64,000 nt of DNA from Paramoeba atlantica (lineage: Eukaryota > Protista > Discosea), in assembly GCA_977017575.1 (NCBI GenBank), contig CDRNVI010000075.1, forward strand, positions 1 to 64,000, in the 5' to 3' direction. The stretch's first letter is position 1. Every line of letters begins with the position of its first letter. The notes beneath the pieces are model-generated. The model was not told the DNA's origin, did no database searches, and worked only from the letters and a program-made list of their open reading frames with translations. Below, in pieces: positions 53,624 through 64,000 of this stretch. The translations under genes were made by a program, and so were the position numbers.

Positions 53624-56462
53624 TTAGAAGGCATATTCCCGACTTTTGTCCTCCTTGCGAAGGTATCGACTCAGCTGTGAATATGCTACCGCCCCATTAA
53701 GCTCCTGCAACAATAGCTGAAATTCGGCATAAACGCGTTTGCGCTGCATTCCACAGGCATCTGCGAGAGCATCCATAAGAGCCTTCGTGTTTGAATGCAT
53801 TGCACCCCCTGAGAGGACAGGTATACATTGAAAGCTTTCAGCCATGATCTTCCCGGTCTTGACGTATGTGTCATGTTTTCGTCGACAGGCGTCGCGGAAT
53901 AAATGTGCACACTTTGTGTCAAGGTTTGAGGGTGCCAATTCGTGGATGACTGTTAGATCGTAGTATATCTCGCCGGTTGCCCAATATATAACAATGTCAG
54001 GACCGGACCGATGAAACGACCGCCCACCACACGTTTTCTCGTGAAGTTTTCGGTGATTGGGGTTAACGATCTCGTTACATTGTGTGCAGCGGAAAGTTGA
54101 CAGTGCACGGGGCTCCTTTTCGCACGGAATGCCTGTTTTCATACAGAGTTCGTAAATGAAGTTGACCAGAGTGTTGTGTTTAGTCGTGGCATTGAGACCA
54201 CCGCATTTTGTACAGCCCATGATGTGTGTCAAGATTGAATCGGAGTCAAGAAGAATTCTGCAGCCGGGGCATGTGATGTGTGATGGCAGATCTGGGTGAG
54301 CGATCCCCAATCGGGGCATGACGGCGAGACTGAACAGGTGTGATGGTATGAGTCGCGCGTCAGAGTGCGTCCATCCATTATTGCCTTTGTGTGTTACTTT
54401 TTCGAGTACCTTCGCTATGTTTGATTGCTCGTGGGTCATCTTTTTCCAAATTTTGATGTGCTTTTGAGCCGCCGTCGTGGTTTCGTCTACCGGAGGTATG
54501 TTGCTCTGAAGGTGGTCCGCTGATCCAACATTTCGCTCCCTGATTCCATCTGTCCGAGCTGAATTGTTTATGGGGCGCTCAAGAACAGAGTGGCATGAGG
54601 AGCGGTACGCGGCCTCTCGCGTGGAAGAGCAGTCTGTCAAGCCAAGTCCTCCTTTTTTTGTGGGCATTCGCAGCAACGCGATTTGTTCATCCGAGAGATG
54701 TCCGAACCATGATGTAAGAACGTTTTCTACCTCTTTGTCGAATCGGGTCGCTAGTTCAGCTGAAGCGGTGGGGTTGTGTGCACGGAGGTGGTAGGCCTGT
54801 CTAACGTTTATACATCTGGAAAGCAGATTGCACGATACATTGTTAACCCCCATCAATTTGAGCCGTCGGAAGCTGTCGTTGTGCTTCGTCAGTGACTGTA
54901 TTAGGCGTTCGCTGACCGATTTGTCGTCCCCGATGAAAGCCCCAAGGATTTTTGTTGCTTTTTTTTTGGTGATTACCCCGGCGCTCTCTAATTCTTGTGG
55001 TAATGGTTCTTCTTCCAGTCCGCCAAACCAGACACATTTTTTGGGAGCAACTATTAGATTTTGTTCCTCTAGAAGCGTTTTTAGTCGGGAGAAGGCACTG
55101 GCCAATCGCTCGGGGTTTTTTGACGCAATAGTTACATCATCGACATAAGCGTTGATTGTGATATCAGGGTGCTCTGCAGACAGAGTTTCAAGGATTGGTT
55201 GCAATAGGGCACAGAAATAAACCGATGAAAGTGTGGACCCTTGTCGGACACCATTTGTGCTTGGAATTGTTCCTACATGGTGACCTTGATTTCCGTAGTA
55301 TAGCAACTCAGATGCCGTTGCGTATTCAGCATGGAAAAACCTCTGGAAGGGTTTCAATGTAGCAAGACCATATACGGCTTTCGCCAGGGCTGGTCGCGAT
55401 GGGGAGTTGAAGGCGTTTTTTACATCTACGGATAGGATGCACGAGCCGTCGCGATATAGGGAGTTTAGCCGATGTACAATCTTCTCGCAGCCTGACTTAG
55501 ATAGAACTCCTTGTTGGAGCGGCGCAAATAGCGGTTGCAGGGTGGGTTCAAATCGCTGAACAAGGACCAAGCCAGAAAGTTCCATTCGAACGATCCAAAA
55601 GTGCTTTCCCATCTTTCATATTCTGTTGGGCTGAGTCTCGCGCTGTTTCCTCCGGCGGGAATGGTCGCCGACGTCTGTTGCGATTGGATTGTTGTCGAAG
55701 TGTAGCTTGTTGTCGAAGTGCAATTGTCTCCAGTATTGGCTGAAGAAAGGAGCAGAAGTATAGTGTCGACAACGGCGACCCTTGGCGAACTCCAGCCGAA
55801 CTTTCAACTGTTGAAAACAGTTCCCCGTTCTTTCCGTAAAAGAGGAGTTCAGACGCTGCCCCATATTCGGCAACAAATAGTCGCTGAAAAGGACGAAGGG
55901 CGCTAAAAGCAAAAATTGCTTTTGCAATCTCGTCGCGTGAAGGGCTATTAAAAGCGTTCTTCATATCCAACGAGAGGATAGCACACCCTTCCATATATCG
56001 TCGATTGAGTTCGTGAACAATAGTCTCGCAGCCAGCGCGACTCATCACCCCATGCTGCATCGGCAGGAAAAGCTTTTCAAATTTATGTTCGTTACGCAGA
56101 AGAAGGATTAGTCCAGCCAACTTGAGAAAAATTTCTCCCATTGCCACCGGTCGAACGGCTTGAGCTGTTTTAGGGAGTGCAACTAAGCGTGCTCTCCGCA
56201 GTCTGCGCATTACATCCTTGGACAGCATTCCGTTAATTAAATCGCACATCATGTGGCTTAGACTCGTGCAACAGATCTCATCGTCCAAGAGCAGACGAAT
56301 GATGGCCTCTGTGGTACCGGATGGACCTGGGGCGGCGCCTTTTGCGAGTCTCTTTCCTGCTTCTCGGAGTTCATGGGGCGGGATACATGCTACCTTCGGG
56401 GCGTCGGTGGGAAGCTCAAAAGAAATCGGTAAAGATGGGTGTAGGTTTTGTAATTGAGACAA
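53624..56462 (-). pseudogene. Rearranged family B RLE copies (RT N-terminal half 55720..56462; RT-RLE 53624..55560)
   Basis: RT motifs around DxKNAFN/RQGS occur twice, and an out-of-order RRRRP segment lies at 55600-55720. Confidence 0.83.
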
Positions 56463-56764
56463 TTTTTCTTCGTCCCCTAATGATGTTTCGGTGATGTCTT
56501 AACAAAAAGATGGTCTTAACAAAAAGATGGTCTTAACGACAACAAAGCATAATGCGCTTGTTAGGTATATATACGAGCTATGCTTGAAAGCTATATGAAC
56601 TATATGCTAGAACTACATTGTAAATGGAAATATTTGTGGTGCATTTGTAGGAATTTGGAGTATGCCAGACGCATACGTTTAAACTTTAATATAATAAAAT
56701 AAAACATCATTTCTTCTTTCAGTTAATGAAAATTCGTAACCAATTCGTAATCTTTACGGATTCT

Positions 56765-58868
56765 TTACGATTGCAGTGAACCCAGCCACGATGCTCGGGG
56801 TAGATAATCGCGCAGTTGCGCAACTATTGTATATGCATTAAGCTTTTCAATCTCAAGTTGAAAAGCTTCTAGTACTTCAGGGACTTTAAGTTCGGCTTTC
56901 TTTGCTAGACAGGAAAGGAGATTTTTCGTATGGCTGTGTAAGAAACCGCCTTCTGTCATGGAGATGCAGCGAAAAAAGTCTTCATCAATCCCCCCCTTCT
57001 CAACGTATTTCTTCTGCTTTCTCTCAATAGCATTTTGCAGGAGCTGAGCTTCTGTCATTTTTCGATAGCTTGGGCTACCGGTGTGGACAACTGTGAGGTC
57101 GTAAAGTACTTCACCCATATGTGGCCACATAATTCCGAGGTCGGGGCCTGACCTTATTCTTCGTGCGCGGCACGGATGGTTATCAATCGCATCAGCGGAG
57201 ACGTGTGCCTTGCACTTGGTACAATAGAAGGATGAATAAGTGCGAGGTTCTATGACGGACTGGAGGCCTGCTTTTGAGCAAAGTTCGGCTAGAAAGCGCA
57301 CTAGAGATGAGTGTTTTCGTGTAGCGTTCATTCCAGAACACTTTGTACAACCCACAATGTGGTGAAGGATTTCCTCTGATTTTATCTGAGCAGCGCATCC
57401 AGGGCAACTCACTTGATCCGGCAACGAAGGCGGTTTGATGTCTTGATCTAACACGCGCGTCGCTTTCTTAATCGCTCCTTCCAAAACCAGTCGTGTCGCT
57501 TTTTTGACTGCTCTCAGATCTTTAGACTTTTGCTCCACTTCACTGTTTCCTGCGTTCGTCTCCTGAGTTTGAATTGGGCGGCGACGACGCTTTTTTCCAA
57601 TGAGATGGCGCACTGTTTCATTGCCGACATGGTTCTGTGCCAGATTTGATTTCGGTGGTCGTAAGAAGAATCTGCGTAATCCCGCATTATGTCACGATAG
57701 ATAGAGACAACACAGGGCACAAACTCTGCACTGACAGTCCGCATGGTTGGCATTGGATCGAAATCCAAGTCTGCTTCCGTATTCCTTTAGCGTCCACATT
57801 GATTCTGCTTTTTGAATCCTTTCGATGTAGCCATTGTATTGAATAAACTCTCACATTAGAATTTGGAGGAATGAACCCACGAAATTGCTCGCCGCATTTG
57901 TACCCTTCTATACCTTCATACTGGAGAGACATCCGTCCGATTCCGGCACGCTTCTTAACCGACTTAACCACACCTTTCGATATATTCAGCTGCGAGGAAT
58001 CGCTGAAGCACCATGCCATCAAGCACGAGTCCCCTTGTTTCGCCATTTTTGATGAATCCCAGACGGTATCCGGTGCCAGTGGAAACTTCTCCGTTGGGTT
58101 TATCGACTTATTCAACTTCTCTATCATCTCGGCCTCCTTGGCAACTTCTATGACAGACTCTGTTTCAGCAGGAAGTTCAAAGTTCGGCATCGTGATATTG
58201 TTTTCGTCAACTACCTCGTGCAGTGTCGTAGACCCGTCAACCCTTCCCGTGCTCAATAGGGTGTCCTCAGGAGTTAAACAGTCGGCGTATGTCTGACATT
58301 CGACATCTGCGTCCTGCGTCGGCTGTTCGGCTGAAGTTTCGTCATTCGTCGCAGTGATCGACTCAGTCGTCGTAGTGACTGGCCAAACGACGCTTGCCTG
58401 AGACTCGGTATTGACGTCCTGCATCCCTAACGTTTGTTCCGCTGAAGATTCTGTATTTATCGTAGTGATCGGGAGGCAATCTAACTTTGATATCGTTCTT
58501 CTTTCTTTTCCTCGAGCGGTTTCTGCAATTTGGCGTTCCCTTGTCTCACGCTCCTCGGCTGTAGGAACACCGTGCAGTGTCAGCAGCCCATTCCACACAG
58601 TCTTTCCGACCACTCCAGCAACCTTACCGAGTGTTTGAAGACGCGAAGATGGTTCAGAGTGGGGAATTTCATTACTTGAGCTTATCGTTGTGTGATTTTC
58701 TTGTTGCTGTTTTCCAATGATCACTTTTATGCGAGGTTTGCGTGAGGGGATTGCCGTGGTCACTGAGTCTTCGCACTGCCTACGTGACGTTTCAGCTGCT
58801 TTCTCTTTTGTTTTCTTTTCTTCCTCTGCGCGTGCGTCCAATTGCTTTTTCAACTCACTGAATGACAT
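56765..58868 (-). pseudogene. RLE chimera/deletion: family B N-terminus joined to a family C-like C-terminus, RT absent
   Basis: ORFs 57687..58868, 57514..57768 and 56765..57613. The junction reads SLPDQ|VSCPGC. Confidence 0.78.
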
Positions 58869-59400
58869 GCGAAAATTTCTTTCTGTATCATCGTTTCCGG
58901 TCGGCGGCGGGATTGGATTTTTTTTTTTTTTTTTTTTGAGAAACTATCCAATAATAATAAAAAGAAGCAATTTATGCCCAATTCATTCGCGCGTTCCAAA
59001 TCTTCATTTTTTTTTTTTTTTACTTTCCGCAGGTGTATGACTTAAAAAAAATCGCATTTTCTTATCTATTACCATAAAGTTACATAGTATGACCGGTCTT
59101 TTCAGATAATGAATAATATGATTTTCTCTCATGTGTTGAGCCGGAACCAAAATTACTTTCTCAAGTTTTCATAATTAAGGAACTAACATCTCCAGGAACT
59201 AAACGGAACAACAACGCATGCTCACATGCGTCCGTTTCTTTCTTCCAATATGCAGGAAAAGGAATATGGTTTTTAATATGAGAGAGAAGAAGAGAAGTCT
59301 GATTTAACCAATGCAGGCAATCCCAATGAATAAAAAAAAAAAGGAGAAGTGACACGTAAACTCCTGAAGAAGAGATTGATAATTAATAAAGAATGGTTGA

Positions 59401-59870
59401 TTAAATCGCCGTATCTTCTCGGCTCTGCGGCACTAGAAATTTGCCAAGTTGCGAGAGAACAACCGATCCGTTGAATTCTTGTAATCGAAGTGTAAAATCT
59501 TGGATCACGTAATCCCGCGCTAATCCACACGCGTCGGCTAAAGCGAGAAGTAGGTTCTTTGTGTTAGCGTGCATAGCTCCTCCTGCAAGCATCGGTATGC
59601 ACTGAAATTGGATTTGGGGGATCTATCCCGAAAATGAAATCTATATAATTTTATAAGCTGACTCAGCTTTTTTTTTTTTGATGATTCTGATTCGTGGCGT
59701 TTTCTTCGGTTTTGTCGGGGTGGGGGTAGTAGTTGTTCCGATGATTCTTATTTGTGGTATTCTCGTCTTTGTCGGGGTGGGGGGAATGGTCTCGCCAAAT
59801 TTGTCGCCCGAAAAGTCATTGACTACGTGCTTTTTCTCCTTGTTCTTTTTTTTTTTTATAATGAACACCT
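59401..59870 (-). pseudogene. Short RLE fragments (C-terminus 59401..59610; N-terminal PRIRII piece 59660..59870)
   Basis: LAGGAMH..LADACG, QEFNG; KPKKTPRIRII as in the 16370 ORF. Confidence 0.65.
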
Positions 59871-60499
59871 TTTTTATAAGAACACCTTTTTGATTATTTT
59901 ATTTATAACATTTATTTATAATATTTGGATAAAATGAGCTTACTTGTTTGCTACAAAATAATTTCTTCGTGTTCGCGCGTAGACAAAGAACAGTGACAAA
60001 GAACACTACATATATTTTTTTTGCAAACGCCTAGACGATGCCGTCCAGCGTACCACTGAACACTTCTTTCAACGTATGTAGTGAAGTGTAGCAAAAAATG
60101 TAAAAAAATTCATTCGACCAATTCTCTCCGTAAACTATAAAAAATCATCTGGTATTTTATCTTATGTGCCGTCATCACTGTTTTTTGTGTGTTATCTTGC
60201 GTGCTTTTGGCACGATTTCCGGAGTAACTTCAAAGATTCAGCCTTGCAGACTTCCTACCCAATGTTCTTGGGCCATATATATAAACTTTTAGAACTTGAT
60301 AAAATTGATAACCATTGCAAATACTCAGTTGCACTTTTTTATCTATCTTTATCATCAAAGTCTGTCCTAAGATGTTGCAACGTCTTGAGATTAAAACCAA
60401 AACCTCATCTGGTATTTTATCTTATGTGCCGTCATCACTGTTTTTTTTGTGTGTTATCTTGTGTGCGTTTGGCACGATTTCCGGAGTAACTTCAAAGAT

Positions 60500-61740
60500 T
60501 CAGCATTGCAGACTTCCTACCCAATGTTCTTGGGCCATATATTGCCGCAGTTGCGAGAAGATAGTGTATGCGGAGAATTTTTCAATTTCCAATTGGAATG
60601 CTTCTCGAGTGTTTTCTGCGTCTAGGCCTGCCCTATTTGCCAGTGTCTTGAGGAGTTCCTTAGTTTCCTTGTGAAGAAGACCACAATCTGTTACTGGTAT
60701 GCAGCGAAAGTATTCTTGGTCCAATCCTTTTTCCTGCACATATTTCCGTTGCTTACGGTCTACCGCATTTTGGAGGAGGGCAACGCTTGTCTGCCGCTTG
60801 TAGCTCCCACAACAAGTGTGCACCACTGTCACATCATAGAGTATCTCCCCAACATTTGGCCACATTATGGCCAGATCAGGGCCTGAACGAATTCTCCGAG
60901 CACGACAAGGGTGATGTTCTGCAGCTTCAGGTGAAATGGAACATTTGCACTTCGTGCAGAAGAAGGAAGAATGAAGGCGTGGTTCTATAGCGCAGGGTAC
61001 TCCAGCTTTGGCACAAAGATCGGAAAGGTAGCGCACGATGTGGGAGTGCTTTCTCGTACAGTTCATCCCTGCACATCTTGAACACCCAGCTACATGTGGA
61101 ATGATTCCATGTGGTGTTTCCGTGGCGCCGCATCCTGGACAAGTAATTTCATTCGGCGCACCTTGGAGTGCGATACCAAGCCGCATCATGAGTGTATATC
61201 GGAAGAGATACGGATTCACGTAATTATTTGTCGCTGCTAAGTGGAGATTTGCTTCTTTTGATCGCTTCATAATGCCCGCAAATCTGTCCTTTTGCATCAG
61301 TTCTGAAGCCAGTGTTTCATGTTCTAGCTTAATCTGCTTTTAGAAATCAGTACGTGCAGCGTGGCTGGAAATTTTCTTGTGGTTGGCACCTTTCCGCTCT
61401 CCCGTGATATCTACTGGAGCGTTAGTGGGTTTAAGTTGCTCATCAATAGAATTACGGGAAATCGCAAAAAGATAGCGTTGCTTCAATATCGTCGATGTTA
61501 TGCCTAAGCCGCCCATCTTACATGGTAGAGAAGCTAGTCGGAGGGCTTCATCATCTGCATTGCACCATCGTCTCAACACTTTGTGGATTTCTTTATCAAA
61601 TACCTCAGCGAGGGAAAACGTTGCCTCTGGAACGTGCACTCTAAGATGATAATCGTGACGTGGAAGAGTACACCGACGCAGGATTGCTAGCGACAGGTTA
61701 CTTGGCCCCATCACCCGTAGACGACGAAAAAGACATTCAT
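60500..61740 (-). pseudogene. Family C RLE fragment (post-RT region to RLE), cut by YR-3
   Basis: MGPSNLSLAILRRC, YVNPYLFRYTLMMRLG and GPDLAIMWP match the 16370 ORF. Confidence 0.87.
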
Positions 61741-64000
61741 GAAATCAGCGTCTTCTTTCTCACACATAATGAACAAGAATAAATAAAATGAAACCAATTC
61801 CTAAATCATGTAATATCTTTCTTCATAAAGCAATTCAAAGAATTCAACTGCTTTAGTATCCTCACCACCTATCCATGAAAAGAAATTAAGGTACCTGGCC
61901 ATTTCAATCAAACTTACAGTATTTGAAACAAATCCACAACAAACTCCTTTACTTACGAACGGGCATCCCGTCCGCCAACTCCGCGAAGTGGTTGGGGGTT
62001 GGTGGGCGGGCGCAATAAAAAGGTTAGAGAAGGAGTGTCACTATACCAAACTAAATAAATGAAATCTCTAAACAAAACAAACAAATCATATCTCATAATA
62101 TAAATATTATGTGCCCCCAAGGGCCATTATATCAATCATCCTAAATTTCTAAACGTACACTTATATAAACAAAACAAACAAATCATATCTCATAATATAA
62201 ATATTATGTGCCCCGAAGGGCCATTATATCAATCATCCTAAATTTCTAAACGTATACTTATAGAAATCAGCGTCTTCTTTCTCACACATAATGAACAAGA
62301 ATAAATAAAATGAAACCAATTCCTAAATCATGTAATATCTTTCTTCATAAAGCAATTCAAAGAATTCAACTGCTTTAGTATCCTCACCACCTATCCATGA
62401 AAAGAAATTAAGGTACCTGGCCATTTCAATCAAACTTACAGTATTTGAAACAAATCCACAACAAACTCCTTTACTTACGAACGGGCATCCCGTCCGCCAA
62501 CTCCGCGAACCAGCCCGCTCGCACGTAATACTACCACCCGAGCGCATGTGTTTTCAGCAAATGGTGGCGGCCACCTACTGAAACACCTACATATATAGCC
62601 TACATATATAGTATATTATTTTTATTTTTATTTTTTTGAGTACTACATTATTTCTGATTTGAATACTTTCATAACCGGCTAATCGGGTCCGCGGGGTTAT
62701 CGGCAGATTTTGTGTAGCGAGCCATAATGCATACGCCAAGATTCTGATTCTTTTTGAGTATATGTTTGAGCTCCCCCGCAATGCTATCTGATTTTGCAAC
62801 TTTACGATTAAGGGCAGCTTTGCACGACGTATTATCTATAAAGAGGTCCACACAAGTCCCCTTTTGAAAGTGGTGGCCCAGTTTTTCAAATGCCAGTCGA
62901 ACTGCCATAGCCTCCGCATGATTAACTTCATATTTAAATTCCGGTTCCCACGAGTCCCCCACAATGATCACTTGACCATCGTCCCGGTACAGAACTGCCC
63001 CCCATCCTTTAGCGGACGCGTCCGTGTAAAGACTATGCCTATGAGGAACGACATCCGGGTGTGGTGGCGGTGCGATTGGTTCGTTCCGTAAAATGATATT
63101 CCTCCAGTCCGCCAGGATAGAACGAGTTGCTGTCGGAAGCGGAACAGGATACTCCGCCAGTTTGGGATTTCTATTGAGCTCATTGATCCGTCGTCGAACA
63201 ATCTTTAAAGGAAAATGATACTCAGGAATGATATGTCCCAAGACCGCTGCCGCGTAGAGGAGGCGCCCCACCGCCGTCTCCAGTTGAGAAAACGTTATGT
63301 TACGATAGCGATCGCGCGACATTTTTTGTAAAACCCTAGGTCCCAGGCTGACCTTGTGGGTTTCATGATTGTACAGGACTCCATTGAACACATATTCCTT
63401 GGAAGGGTCGGATCCGGTCTCCTTAAATAAGCCACCGACTTGAGCACACCGTCCGTCAACAAAGTTAACAAATTTGATGCATTCTTCACGGGTTCCGGCA
63501 AATCGAATACCGTCTATGTAAATATCCACGGAGCCAATACAGGAGCCCAGTGTGGGCTTGCATACAGCGGAGTCGCACGCGATAGCTGCTGTCAGATAGC
63601 TGCAAGTCGCGTGTCAAATAAGTGTCTCATCACGGTTTCCAGGCGGTGAAGCGCACCAGGGGACATCCAAGTCTTCACTTTCTGCACGTCCATTACGGGT
63701 ATTCCAGCCTTAACGTGTAGGGGGAGGTTCATGTCTTCGGGACGTGCAAGACGGGAAGTGCGCCGCGCGCAAATAACACTGTATCGCCTAACGTGCGGTA
63801 TTTGATCGAAACAAAGGTTGACATCCTCTTGAGTTATAGGGTTGGTAGGAGAACCGAAGCTCGCTGCGTACCGAGCGCCTTTGCCGTTGTTATCAGGTTC
63901 CCGTTGTATCGTAATAGGGAGTTGATGCATTGATGTTTGGCTATGTTTTGCACGTCTGAGAGAGCGACGCGTCCGAGCGCCACCTCGTTGAAGAGATACG
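61741..64000 (-). mobile_element. YR-3: 3' part of a split-direct-repeat YR element; RT internally deleted, RNase H intact
   Basis: B2 61741..61987, A2 ~62012..62262, B1 62263..62509. YIDG, YTDAS, NPADPISR. The deletion joins APVL to GSVDIYID near 63535. Confidence 0.88.

Overview
Eukaryotic, host-gene-free retroelement cluster; the organism cannot be identified from this window. It opens with a 2.7-kb (CCTCTTTCTT)n array that may be a telomere. The rest is nested mobile DNA of four kinds. (1) CRE-clade-like non-LTR elements with RT plus restriction-like endonuclease (RLE), in three families here called A, B and C. Two ORFs are essentially intact (8575..12549; 16370..19909) and there are many fragments. 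(2) Tyrosine-recombinase (YR/DIRS-order) retrotransposons with VIPER/TATE-like gene order gag-YR-RT/RNaseH and split direct repeats A1-body-B1-A2-B2. (3) An APE-endonuclease LINE fragment interrupted by an 18-bp satellite. (4) A TIR element built from 20-bp palindromes. The most notable observations are: an Ataxin-2/Pbp1 LsmAD-like domain fused in frame to the family-A RT ORF; a Tudor-like beta-barrel module apparently shared by RLE elements, the APE LINE and YR gag; a TSD-flanked chimeric insert carrying three covarying RNA hairpins of unknown class; a satellite that appears inserted at TTAAT and is itself a YR target; and recurrent junction signatures that bear on how these YR elements replicate. 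Family and domain assignments come from motif recognition by eye, not database searches.
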